Positions 18,088 through 27,167 of a stretch of 64,000 bases of DNA are shown in pieces; the stretch's first letter is position 1; every line of letters begins with the position of its first letter. Position numbers and translations under genes: made by a program. The DNA is from Treponemataceae bacterium (GTDB lineage: Bacteria; Spirochaetota; Spirochaetia; Treponematales; Rectinemataceae). The notes under the pieces were generated by a model. It ran no database searches. It had not been told where the DNA came from and saw only the letters and a list, made by a program, of their open reading frames with translations. The stretch spans positions 160,001 to 224,000 of the forward strand of contig CAXXVZ010000005.1 of the NCBI GenBank assembly GCA_963678065.2, written 5' to 3'.

Positions 18088-19371
18088 TCAGCCCTGCTCC
18101 TGCCGCTCGATCCGCGCGCCGAGCGTGCGCAGGCGAGACGAGATGCTCTCGTAGCCGCGCTCGATCTGGTAGACGTTGGAGATCGTGCTGAGGCCCTCGG
18201 CGCAGAGCGCGGCGATGACCATCGCCATGCCCGCCCTGACGTCGGGCGATGAGAGGGTCGCGCCCGAAAGGCGACTTGGTCCCGAGACGACGGCGCGGTG
18301 GGGATCGCAGAGCACGATGCTGGCGCCCATGCCGATGAGCTTGTCGACAAAGAACATGCGGGACTCGAACATCTTTTCGTGGATGAGGACGAGTCCGGAG
18401 GTCTGCGTGGCCACGACGGTCATGATCGAGGTGAGGTCAGGGGGAAAGCCGGGCCAGGGCGCGTCGTCGATCTTGGGAATCTGCCCGCCCAGGTCGCTGA
18501 CAACGTTCATGGACTGGGTGGAGGGCACGAAGATGGAATCGGCCCCCGTTATCCAGGATATTCCGAGCCGCCCGAAGCCGACCTTGAGGGGGCGGAGATC
18601 CTCCGGCACGATGCCCTCTATGAGAAGTTCGCCGCGCGTCACGGCCGCGAGGCCGACGAGTGAACCGATTTCCATGTAGTCGGGGCCGATTGAGTAATCG
18701 CAGCCGCCGAGGGATTGGACTCCCTCTATCCTGACCACGTTCGAACCGATTCCTTCTATGCGGGCGCCCATGGCGACGAGCATACGGCAGAGGTCCTGGA
18801 CGTGGGGCTCGCTCGCGGCGTTGCGGATGACGGTGGAGCCCGCCGCGAGCGTCGCGGCCATGACGGCGTTCTCCGTGCCCGTGACCGAGGCCTCATCGAG
18901 GAAGATGTCGGCGCCCGCCAGTTTGTTGGCGCTGAACTTGAGGAAACCGTCCACGGATATGCGCGCGCCGAGCTCTTGCAGGGCGAGAATGTGGGTGTCG
19001 ATGCGGCGGCGCCCGATGGCGTCTCCTCCGGGCGGAGGAAGGATGACCCTTCCGAAGCGGGCGAGAAGGGGGCCCGCGAACAGTATGGAGGCGCGGACTT
19101 TCTTGGCCTGCTCCTCCTGCACCTCCCAGCGACTGAGTCCGGCCGGGTCGATCCTCCACTCGTGCGCCCCCAGCCGCTCCACACTGGCCCCCAGAGAGGT
19201 GAGAACGTCGAACATGACGAGGACATCCTCAATTTCGGGTATGTTGCGGAGAGTTACGGGAGCTCCGGCCATGGAGCAGGCGGCGATGCAGGGCAGGGCC
19301 GCGTTCTTGTTGCCGCTCGCGCGGATTTTCCCCTTTACGGGAAAGCCGCCTTCTATGACATACTTGTACAT
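18088..19371 (-). CDS. murA: UDP-N-acetylglucosamine 1-carboxyvinyltransferase (Asp-type)
   Basis: [52 protein letters not shown]. Confidence 0.97.
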   Translation of the reverse strand: MYKYVIEGGFPVKGKIRASGNKNAALPCIAACSMAGAPVTLRNIPEIEDVLVMFDVLTSLGASVERLGAHEWRIDPAGLSRWEVQEEQAKKVRASILFAGPLLARFGRVILPPPGGDAIGRRRIDTHILALQELGARISVDGFLKFSANKLAGADIFLDEASVTGTENAVMAATLAAGSTVIRNAASEPHVQDLCRMLVAMGARIEGIGSNVVRIEGVQSLGGCDYSIGPDYMEIGSLVGLAAVTRGELLIEGIVPEDLRPLKVGFGRLGISWITGADSIFVPSTQSMNVVSDLGGQIPKIDDAPWPGFPPDLTSIMTVVATQTSGLVLIHEKMFESRMFFVDKLIGMGASIVLCDPHRAVVSGPSRLSGATLSSPDVRAGMAMVIAALCAEGLSTISNVYQIERGYESISSRLRTLGARIERQEQG

Positions 19372-19465
19372 GGCCACACTCTAGGACCAACGCGGAGTTC
19401 TGGTCAATCGAGGTGGCCCCCGAGGCGGCTTGTCCGCGTTCCGGCCGGGTCGGTATAGTCGATCC

Positions 19466-20470
19466 ATGAACGATGCGATCACCCTCCCCAGACCTGACGA
19501 TTTCCATGTCCACCTCCGCCAGGGCCAAGCGATGCGGGCCTACGCGCGCCGCGAGGCCCTCTGGTTCGGCAGGGCGATGGCGATGCCCAACACGGTGCCC
19601 GCCGTTTCCTCGGCCGCTGCGGTCGGCGCATACCGCGAGGAAATACAGGGCGTCGCGGGAAAGGCTTTTTGCGCCCTCATGACCTTCAAGGTATTGCCCG
19701 GAATGAAGGCCGAGGATGTTTCGGCCTGTCATGCCGCGGGCGCGATAGCGGGAAAGTACTATCCGGCCGGGGCGACGACGAACTCATCCGACGGGCTCTC
19801 CGATCCGGATCTCGCGGAGGAAGCTCTCGGGGCGATGGAAGATGGTGGCATCGTTCTGTCCATCCACGCGGAAGATCCCTCGGCGCCTGTTTTCGAACGC
19901 GAGGAGGCCTTCCTGCCGGTGTTGGAGAGGATCATGCTCCGTCACCCGCGGCTCAAGCTTGTGTTCGAGCACATTTCGAGCGCGGCGGGGCTCAATTTCG
20001 TCCTCTCCGGGCCCGAGAGACTCGCCGGAACTCTCACCGCCCACCACCTGCTCTTCAGCGTCGACGATATGATGGGCGAATCCCTCGATCCTCACCTCTA
20101 CTGCAAGCCCGTCATCAAGGGGAAAAAAGACAGGGAGGCCCTGCGCGCAGCCGTGCTCGGCGGAAACCCGAAACTCTTCTTCGGAAGCGACTCGGCTCCC
20201 CACCCCCGATCCGCCAAGGAATGCGCGAAGGCGGCCTCGGGAGTCTACTCAGCCCCGACAGCCATCCCCGCCCTCGTCGCCCTGTTCGAACGCGAGGGGG
20301 CATTGCCGGCTCTCGCGGGATTCTTCGCGGCGAAGGGCGCGGAATTCTATGGACTTCCGGCCCCGGAAGGGGAGCTTCGACTCGTGAAGCGTCCCTGGAC
20401 CGTGCCCGCCGAGATGGACGGTGTCGTTCCGATGCTCGCGGGGAAAACCCTGGACTGGGACAGGGAATAG
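19466..20470 (+). CDS. pyrC: Dihydroorotase (homodimeric type)
   Basis: DDFHVHLR, MPNT, KYYPAGATTNS, EHIS, YCKPVIK, GSDSAPH. Confidence 0.95.
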   Translation: MNDAITLPRPDDFHVHLRQGQAMRAYARREALWFGRAMAMPNTVPAVSSAAAVGAYREEIQGVAGKAFCALMTFKVLPGMKAEDVSACHAAGAIAGKYYPAGATTNSSDGLSDPDLAEEALGAMEDGGIVLSIHAEDPSAPVFEREEAFLPVLERIMLRHPRLKLVFEHISSAAGLNFVLSGPERLAGTLTAHHLLFSVDDMMGESLDPHLYCKPVIKGKKDREALRAAVLGGNPKLFFGSDSAPHPRSAKECAKAASGVYSAPTAIPALVALFEREGALPALAGFFAAKGAEFYGLPAPEGELRLVKRPWTVPAEMDGVVPMLAGKTLDWDRE

Positions 20471-20505
20471 AGCCACACAATGGCTGTAGGACGCAGCCTT
20501 GCGAC

Positions 20506-21633
20506 CTACAGCCGGACGATCCTCGAGTGAGTCAGAACTTCGTGCCCTGTCTCGGTGATGAGGACGTCGTTTTCGAGCCTCACGCCGCCGAGATCGGGGT
20601 GGTATAGTCCGGGTTCGATGGTGATGATGTTGCCCGGCTCGAGGACGGCCCTGTTCTCTTCGCGCAGATTGACGCCGGGGGCCTCGTGGGCCTCGAGTCC
20701 GACCCCGTGCCCGAGGGCGTGAGGCATGGCCTGCCCCGCCGAGGAGAAGATGCCGTCTGCCTTCGCCGCGATGTCGCGGGTCGCCACCCCGGGCGCGCAC
20801 ATGGCTATGCCTGAGTCGTAGGCCTCGCGCACGAGGGAAATCATGCGCTCGCGTTCGACTCCCGGATCGCCCCGGACAAAGGTCATCGTGATGTCCGTCG
20901 TGTAGCCGCCGAGCTTGAGGCCGCAGTCCAGGATGGACATCCCATCGGTGGCGAAGGGGCCTGAGCCGTAGGCGGGCACGGCGTGTATGCCGAAACTCCT
21001 GCCCGGCCCCGCCGCGAGGGTCTCGAATCCCGTACCTTCGCAGCCAAGTATCCTCGCCTGTCTCTCGATGTAGAGGGCGACGTCGACTTCGGTGGTGAGC
21101 TTTCCGGACCTGACACCTGCTTCGATGCCATCCATGAGAAGGTCTGTGATTCTGGATGCCTCGCGGTAGAGCTCGAGTTCGCCGGAGTCTTTGACCGCCC
21201 GCATGCCGAGGACGAACTCGTCCACGCCGTCTTCCTCGCAGACCATGTCGTAGTCCTCCAGAGCGCCGACGAAGTCGATATACCGGAGATAGGAAGTTCC
21301 GGAAGAAAGCGCGATCCGGGAACCGTCAGGTATCCCGAGCTTGTGCGCGACGGCCAGGGTGGCCGCCGTCGCTTTGCGCCCGAAGGAGGTGTAAGGGATG
21401 ATTTCGTCGACGCAGGCGCATTTCTGCGCCATGTTGAGGTCCCAGGGGACGAGGACGGAGCGGGCATCGGCGGTGACGACGAGGAAGGCGTCGCCGGGAT
21501 GTCCGGAGAGGTAGGTGACGCTGCGGCCTCGCATGCCCTCGAAGTCCTCGAAGCGGGCGGCGGCGATTCCTTTTCCGGCGAGATATGCGGCGACGCGCTT
21601 TCGGCGCGCCTCAAAGACGAAAGGGTCGATCAT
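20506..21633 (-). CDS. Xaa-Pro aminopeptidase (M24B family)
   Basis: MRAVKD, LDCG, YTTDIT, HALGHGVGLEAHE, TIEPGLY, GVRLENDV. Confidence 0.92.
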   Translation of the reverse strand: MIDPFVFEARRKRVAAYLAGKGIAAARFEDFEGMRGRSVTYLSGHPGDAFLVVTADARSVLVPWDLNMAQKCACVDEIIPYTSFGRKATAATLAVAHKLGIPDGSRIALSSGTSYLRYIDFVGALEDYDMVCEEDGVDEFVLGMRAVKDSGELELYREASRITDLLMDGIEAGVRSGKLTTEVDVALYIERQARILGCEGTGFETLAAGPGRSFGIHAVPAYGSGPFATDGMSILDCGLKLGGYTTDITMTFVRGDPGVERERMISLVREAYDSGIAMCAPGVATRDIAAKADGIFSSAGQAMPHALGHGVGLEAHEAPGVNLREENRAVLEPGNIITIEPGLYHPDLGGVRLENDVLITETGHEVLTHSRIVRL

Positions 21634-21813
21634 AAAAAACTCCCGCTCCCGCGCCTGGCCTTCAGAGGCCGGCATGGCGGAAGCGGGAGTCAGTATATAC
21701 TGAGGAACGGGCCAGGTGAAAGCTCGGTCCCGGCACGCGCCCAGTGCCCGCGTCGCCGCGGGCGGAGACTCCGGAGCACCAGAGCGCCGGAGCGTTCGGA
21801 CCACGTCCCGGAC

Positions 21814-22992
21814 TCAGGCCTTGGCCGCGGCGAGGACCTCGTCCAGGGATTTCTTCATGATGGCGAGGCCTTCGTCGATCTCCGCCTCGGTGATCACGAG
21901 CGGCGGAAGGAGGCGCAGGGTGTCCTCTCCCGCAGTGAGGGCGAGAAGGCCGTTGGCAAGGCAGCGCGCCATGAGGTCGGCGGGCTTGCAGCTTACCGCG
22001 ATGCCGATCATAAGGCCACGGCCGCGCACGACTTTGACGAGAGGATGGTTCCAGCTCCGCACCGCGTCCATGATGCGCGCGCTCTTGGCCGTGACAGCCT
22101 CCATGAAGCCGGGAGAGTTCAGCGCCGCGATGACGACGCGGGCGGCGGCCGTGGAGAGAGGATTGCCGCCGAAGGTCGAACCGTGGTCGCCGGGGACAAA
22201 GACGTTCGCCGCCGCGCCGCGCGCGAGGACAGCCCCGATGGGCACGCCGCCGCCCAGGCCCTTGGCCACGGTGACGAGGTCAGGCCTGACGCCGAAGTGT
22301 TCGTAGCAGAAGAATTTCCCCGTGCGGCCGAGGCCGGCCTGGACCTCGTCCGCGATGAGGAGGATGTTCCGCTCTTTGCAGAGCCTGGCCGCCGCCTGCA
22401 CATATTCCGTGTCGAGGGGAACGACGCCGCCCTCTCCCTGGATGCCTTCGAACATGAAAGCGCAGACAGTCCCGTCCAGAGCCGCGTCCAGAGTGGCGAT
22501 ATCGTTGGCCTGAACGTAGCGGAATCCTTCCGGGAAGGGGCCGAAGTTGACGTGGAATTTATCCTGTCCGGTCGCCGTGAGGGTCGCGAGGGTGCGGCCG
22601 TGGAAGGAGCCCCTCAGCGTGACGACGACGTTTTTCTTCGAATCGATCGACGAACCGTACTTGCGCGCGATCTTGATGGCGCCCTCGTTGGCCTCGGCGC
22701 CGGAGTTGCCGAAGAAGACGCGGTCGCAGTCCGCGGTCCGGCAGAGTTCGCCCGCGAGCGCGAGAGCCGTGTCGCTCTGATAATAGTTGGAGATGTGAAT
22801 CATCTTGCCGGCCTGTTCGGAGATGGCCGCCACGAGGCTCGGGTTGGCATGCCCGAGGATGTTGACGCCAATCCCCGAGGAGAAGTCCACCCAGGATCTA
22901 CCCTCGGCGTCGAAGAGCCGGGCGCCCCGGCCATGCGTGAATACAAGAGGCGTCCTCTTGTAGGTGTCCATGAAATATCCGGATTCGCTCAT
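21814..22992 (-). CDS. argD: Acetylornithine aminotransferase
   Basis: NSGAEANE, SFHGRT, IQGEGG, DEVQAG, AKGLGGG, DHGSTFGGNP; within the arg operon. Confidence 0.95.
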   Translation of the reverse strand: MSESGYFMDTYKRTPLVFTHGRGARLFDAEGRSWVDFSSGIGVNILGHANPSLVAAISEQAGKMIHISNYYQSDTALALAGELCRTADCDRVFFGNSGAEANEGAIKIARKYGSSIDSKKNVVVTLRGSFHGRTLATLTATGQDKFHVNFGPFPEGFRYVQANDIATLDAALDGTVCAFMFEGIQGEGGVVPLDTEYVQAAARLCKERNILLIADEVQAGLGRTGKFFCYEHFGVRPDLVTVAKGLGGGVPIGAVLARGAAANVFVPGDHGSTFGGNPLSTAAARVVIAALNSPGFMEAVTAKSARIMDAVRSWNHPLVKVVRGRGLMIGIAVSCKPADLMARCLANGLLALTAGEDTLRLLPPLVITEAEIDEGLAIMKKSLDEVLAAAKA

Positions 22993-23855
22993 ACGATCAT
23001 CGTCCCCATGCCTTTGTCGCTCAGGAGTTCCACGAGCAATGCGTGCGGTACCCTTCCGTCCAGGATGTGGGCGGACTTGACGCCGTTTTCCACGGCGGTC
23101 ACGCAGCACTCGAGCTTCGGTATCATGCCTTTGGAGACAATGCCGCCCGTGATGAGGGCCGGCAGTTCGCTCCGGTGCATTTCGGTTATCAGGGTGCCCT
23201 CATCCGCGACATTGCGCAGGATTCCGGGCACATCGGTCAGGAGAATCAGCTTCTCGGCCTTCATCGCGAACGCGAGGGCGGCCGCGGCGGTGTCGGCGTT
23301 GACATTGTAGTACTTCTCGTCGTCTCCCCGGCCTGCAGCGATCGTCGCCACCACGGGAATGAATCCGTCCCGGAGCGCGTTTTCGATGATGGAGGGATCG
23401 ACATCCGTGATATCGCCGACGAGGCCGAGGTCGGCGCCGTCCTTGATGAGGCGCTTGGCGGTGAAGAGGCCTCCGTCGATGCCGCACAGTCCTGTCGCCT
23501 TGCCGCCGTTCTTCTGGATGATGCCGACGATGTCCTTGTTCACGGTTCCTGCGAGGACCATCTGGACGACGTCCATCGTCTCCTCGTCGGTGTAGCGCAG
23601 GCCCTTGATGAAGACCGGCTCCTTGCCCAGCTTGCGCAGGGTCGCGTCGATCTCCGGTCCGCCGCCGTGCACGAGGACGACCTTGACGCCGATCTGGGAC
23701 AGAAGGATGAGGTCCTGCATGACGGCCATCTTGACGCCTTCATTGACCATGGCGGCGCCGCCGAATTTCACGATAATCACCTTGCCGAGATATTTTTTGA
23801 TATAAGGCAGGGCCTGGATGAGAAAGTCAGCCCTGACGTTGTCAGTAATGTTCAT
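22989..23855 (-). CDS. argB: Acetylglutamate kinase
   Basis: VKFGGAAM, VHGGGPEI, GLRYTD, NVNAD, GMIPK. Confidence 0.97.
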   Translation of the reverse strand: MNITDNVRADFLIQALPYIKKYLGKVIIVKFGGAAMVNEGVKMAVMQDLILLSQIGVKVVLVHGGGPEIDATLRKLGKEPVFIKGLRYTDEETMDVVQMVLAGTVNKDIVGIIQKNGGKATGLCGIDGGLFTAKRLIKDGADLGLVGDITDVDPSIIENALRDGFIPVVATIAAGRGDDEKYYNVNADTAAAALAFAMKAEKLILLTDVPGILRNVADEGTLITEMHRSELPALITGGIVSKGMIPKLECCVTAVENGVKSAHILDGRVPHALLVELLSDKGMGTMIV

Positions 23856-23948
23856 ACCCGTTCTCCTTCGGTTTCGGGATTGGCAAATCGGCCGACCCCA
23901 GCCCCTGTCTGACCGGGGGCCGGCTGACGACTATGTCCGGACCGACCC

Positions 23949-25166
23949 CTATGTTCGATAGTCGCCATTGATCCTGACGTACTCGTATGACAGATCGCAG
24001 CCCCAGGCGGTGGCCTGTGCCTCTCCGACGTGGAGCTCGACATACATCGTGATCGCCTGGGCGCTCAAAACCAGTTTGGCTTTTTCCTCGCTGAATGGCA
24101 AGGGTGCGCCGTTCTTGCAGACTTCGATGTAGCCCTTCGCGCTCTCGAAGGCGAGGTCGACCTTGGCGGGGTCGAAGGCGGCCGGGGTGTAGCCGAGGGC
24201 GCACAGGACGCGACCCCAGTTGGCGTCGGAGCCGAACATGGCCGTCTTGACGAGACTCGAGCAGATGACGGACTTGGCGAAGGCCTCGGCGTCTTCCTCG
24301 CTCACCGCCCCGTCGACATTGCACTCGATGAGCTTGGTCGCGCCCTCGCCGTCGAAGGCGATGAGTTTGGCCAGCTCGACGTTGAGCCAGTCCAGGGCCT
24401 CCGCGAAATTGCGGTAGTCGCCGTTCTTCTCCGTGATGAGGGCGTTGCCGGCCATGCCGTTCGCGAGGATGACCACCATGTCGTTCGTGCTCGTGTCGCC
24501 GTCCACCGAGACGCGGTTGTAGCTGAGCTTCACGCTCGCGGACAGGGCCTCCTGAAGGAGGTTCCGGTCGATGGCGCAGTCCGTCGTGATGAAGGAGAGC
24601 ATTGTCGCCATATTGGGGTGGATCATGCCCGAGCCTTTGGCCATGGCCCCGATGACAACCGTCTTCCCACCGATCTCGACGGAGACCGTCACTTCCTTCT
24701 TCATGGTGTCGGTCGTCATGATGGCTTCGCGCGCGTCAATCGAGCCGGCCTTGGAGAGTCCCGCGACGAGGCTGTCCATCCCCGCCTCGATGACCGAAAC
24801 GTCGAGGGGAACGCCGATGACGCCGGTGGAGGCGACGACGACGTCCTTGGCCTTTACAGGCAGGCGCTTCGCGACAAAATCCGCCATGGCGCGGGCCGCG
24901 ACGATGCCGGCCTCGCCAGTGCAGGTGTTGGCGTTGCCGGAATTGACGATGACAGCCTGAGCAACGCCGTCGGCCAAGTGCTCCTTCGTCACGACGAGTG
25001 GCAGGCCGATGACCTTGTTGGTCGTGTAGCAGGCCGCCGCCGTGCAGGGCACTTCCGACCAGACGAGGGCGAGGTCCTTCTTTTCCTTGTTCTTCCTGAT
25101 GCCTACATGGACGCCGGAAGCGGTGAATCCCTTGGGTGCTGTGACTCCGCCACGAATTTCTTTCAT
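23949..25166 (-). CDS. argJ: Ornithine acetyltransferase / N-acetylglutamate synthase
   Basis: NSGNANTCTG, STGVIG, KGSGMIHPNMATML, DGDTSTND, DGEGATK, YVRINGDY. Confidence 0.98.
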   Translation of the reverse strand: MKEIRGGVTAPKGFTASGVHVGIRKNKEKKDLALVWSEVPCTAAACYTTNKVIGLPLVVTKEHLADGVAQAVIVNSGNANTCTGEAGIVAARAMADFVAKRLPVKAKDVVVASTGVIGVPLDVSVIEAGMDSLVAGLSKAGSIDAREAIMTTDTMKKEVTVSVEIGGKTVVIGAMAKGSGMIHPNMATMLSFITTDCAIDRNLLQEALSASVKLSYNRVSVDGDTSTNDMVVILANGMAGNALITEKNGDYRNFAEALDWLNVELAKLIAFDGEGATKLIECNVDGAVSEEDAEAFAKSVICSSLVKTAMFGSDANWGRVLCALGYTPAAFDPAKVDLAFESAKGYIEVCKNGAPLPFSEEKAKLVLSAQAITMYVELHVGEAQATAWGCDLSYEYVRINGDYRT

Positions 25167-25186
25167 TCTCTGCCTCTCGATCCCGG

Positions 25187-26239
25187 TCAGAACGCCGGGG
25201 GTATCATCGTAAGGCCCGACGTCTCATTGAAGCCGAGCGCGATGTTCATATTCTGTACCGCCTGACCGGCGGCACCCTTCACCATGTTGTCTATGGAAGA
25301 GACGATGATGGCCGTCTTTCCGTCATGAGCCATGTGCAGCGAAATGTCGCAGTAATTGGAGAATTTGACATAGCGGTTGGATGAGACCATTCCCTCGGGC
25401 AGGACGCGGACGAAGGGCTCTCCTGAATAGAAGTGAAGGTAGGCCTCGTGCAGCTCCGCGAGGGTCGCGGGCTTCGCGAGCCCGAAGTAGATCGTGCTGA
25501 CGATGCCGCGGTTCATCGGGGCGAGATGGGGCGTGAAGATGGCGTTCACCTCTGTGCCGGCAATGCCCGACAGGGTGCGGATGATCTCGGGCGTGTGCCT
25601 GTGTTCTCCGATCTTGTAGGGGGTGTAGCCGTCCGCACACTCGGGATAGTGGGTCGTCTTGGAGGGCTCGCGGCCGGCGCCCGTCACTCCCGAAGCCGCG
25701 TCGATGATGATCCGGTCAGTCTGGGCGAGGCCGAGCTTGAGGGCGGGCAAAAGGCCCAGGGCGGCCGAGGTCGGGTAGCAGCCGGGATTGCCGATCACCT
25801 TCGCTTTGGCGATGAGGGCGCGGTTGAGTTCGGGCAGTCCGTACACCGAGGCAGCGTGGACGGCTTTGTTCGTCCAGGCCACGCCGTACCAGGCCTTGAA
25901 GGTCTCTTCGTCGTCGCCAAAACGGAAGTCAGCGGAAATGTCGATGAAAACCTTGCCGGCGGCCAGGCACTCCGCGGCGGCTTTTTCGGCGAGGCCGTGC
26001 GGCAGGCAGGAGAACACGATGTCGGAGGCCTCGACGACGGCGTCCTGATTGACGAGGCGGCCGGTCACTCCAGGCCGCTTGAGGCTTGCGAGGAAATTGG
26101 GGTACACGCGCTCCATGGCGTCGCCCTCGAAGCTGACGGAGCTCAGCGAGAGTCCGCCCACTTCGGGGTGGGACGAGAGGAGTCGGAGAAGCTCGGCCCC
26201 GGCATAGCCTGTGGCGCCGATGATTCCGCAATCGATCAC
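25187..26239 (-). CDS. argC: N-acetyl-gamma-glutamyl-phosphate reductase
   Basis: GATGYAG, YGLPE, NPGCYPT, SGVTGAG, HRHTPE, DNMVKGAAGQA; GTG start after AGGAG. Confidence 0.98.
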   Translation of the reverse strand: MIDCGIIGATGYAGAELLRLLSSHPEVGGLSLSSVSFEGDAMERVYPNFLASLKRPGVTGRLVNQDAVVEASDIVFSCLPHGLAEKAAAECLAAGKVFIDISADFRFGDDEETFKAWYGVAWTNKAVHAASVYGLPELNRALIAKAKVIGNPGCYPTSAALGLLPALKLGLAQTDRIIIDAASGVTGAGREPSKTTHYPECADGYTPYKIGEHRHTPEIIRTLSGIAGTEVNAIFTPHLAPMNRGIVSTIYFGLAKPATLAELHEAYLHFYSGEPFVRVLPEGMVSSNRYVKFSNYCDISLHMAHDGKTAIIVSSIDNMVKGAAGQAVQNMNIALGFNETSGLTMIPPAF

Positions 26240-26405
26240 GGTCAACTCCTGTACTCGATACCGACACTCCCCCTCTCATGAGGTGATGCTGCCGGGTCGA
26301 ATGGACTAGCCTCCGGTCAGCCAGGGACCGGGGCCCGGTTATCTATGTGGGTTCCTTGTGGCTTCCGGCCGCAAAGTTACCGTCTGTGGTGTGGGAAAAG
26401 TGTTT

Positions 26406-26549
26406 TCAACGACGGGGAAAAAGACGCAAGAAAGGTCGTGGGAAGCGGAGGGGGGTGGGAAGATACTTTATGAAGTCGCATTTCGTGTTGTCGACACATT
26501 GGAAGTCTGACGGGGGCACCCGGCGATACCCGTTCTGGATATTGCTCAT
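26406..26549 (-). CDS. Putative arg-operon leader peptide (47 aa, 7 Arg, ends FPRR-stop)
   Basis: GAGGAG SD before ATG 26549; lies between a TTGACA (26604-26609) and argC. Confidence 0.6.
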   Translation of the reverse strand: MSNIQNGYRRVPPSDFQCVDNTKCDFIKYLPTPLRFPRPFLRLFPRR

Positions 26550-26616
26550 CTGCTTCTCCTCTTCGGAAAGGTGAGCACGATGAAAATACGAATCGCCTTT
26601 CCATGTCAAGACTGCG

Positions 26617-26664
26617 CGCGCATAATTATGCCGCAAATCCAAAATCTGAGCATAATTTTTCACT
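26617..26664. promoter_or_regulatory. Two ARG-box-like operators
   Basis: GCATAATTATGC palindrome at 26620-26631 and AGTGAAAAATTATGCTCA on the minus strand at 26647-26664, upstream of argCJBD. Confidence 0.6.
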
Positions 26665-26814
26665 GTACGCAGAATGGTACGACCGCCCCCTCTTCCGGGG
26701 AACCAGGACGATGAATAAACGCGAAAAATCAAGACGTGATGACTGGCCCGCCGACAACGCGCCAAGGCCATACGGCGACCTCGCTGAAAAGCGGGAAGGC
26801 CCACTGCGGCCCCG

Positions 26815-26843
26815 TTGCGCCTTCCTGGCAGTTTTGCTAGACT
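26815..26843 (+). promoter_or_regulatory. Sigma70-type promoter of the trpS leader
   Basis: TTGCGC-17 bp-TAGACT with extended TG. Confidence 0.55.
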
Positions 26844-26861
26844 GACAGACAGGCAACAATC

Positions 26862-27026
26862 ATGAACTACTGCCTGAATTTGCCGGCACTGCCGGCGTCG
26901 ATGCGGCCGCCATCGCCCCTATCGGGATCGACTGCATCGGCAGGACAAACCTCCGCCTCTTCCCCCCGCCGGGCCGGCCCGCACTGCTGGTCCTGGCGTC
27001 GCACGGTTCCGTCCGGCCGCAGCTGA
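26862..27026 (+). CDS. Putative trpS leader peptide (54 aa, W-S-W)
   Basis: Own translation ending ...GPHCWSWRRTVPSGRS*; TGG codons at 26988 and 26994. Confidence 0.55.
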   Translation: MNYCLNLPALPASMRPPSPLSGSTASAGQTSASSPRRAGPHCWSWRRTVPSGRS

Positions 27027-27167
27027 CAGCCAGAAGCCCCAGGCTTCCATTCCTGTCTGTCCGGGTCGCGGAAGTTCCCAAAAGCTTCCAGAGACGGAAA
27101 CCGGATTCCTGAAGCCGGCTTCGGGCCGACTGACACTACAACCACACAGACAAATCGGAGAACAATC

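Noticed and set aside
20983..23310. Long antisense ORFs (775 aa here; also 5652-7151, 30650-32269, 55229-56788)
   Set aside because: These are shadow ORFs opposite well-supported genes, expected in high-GC DNA, and show no motifs.
26860..27167. T-box riboswitch upstream of trpS
   Set aside because: I saw no GGTGGNACC T-box motif and no terminator with a U-tract. A Trp-codon uORF explains the leader better.
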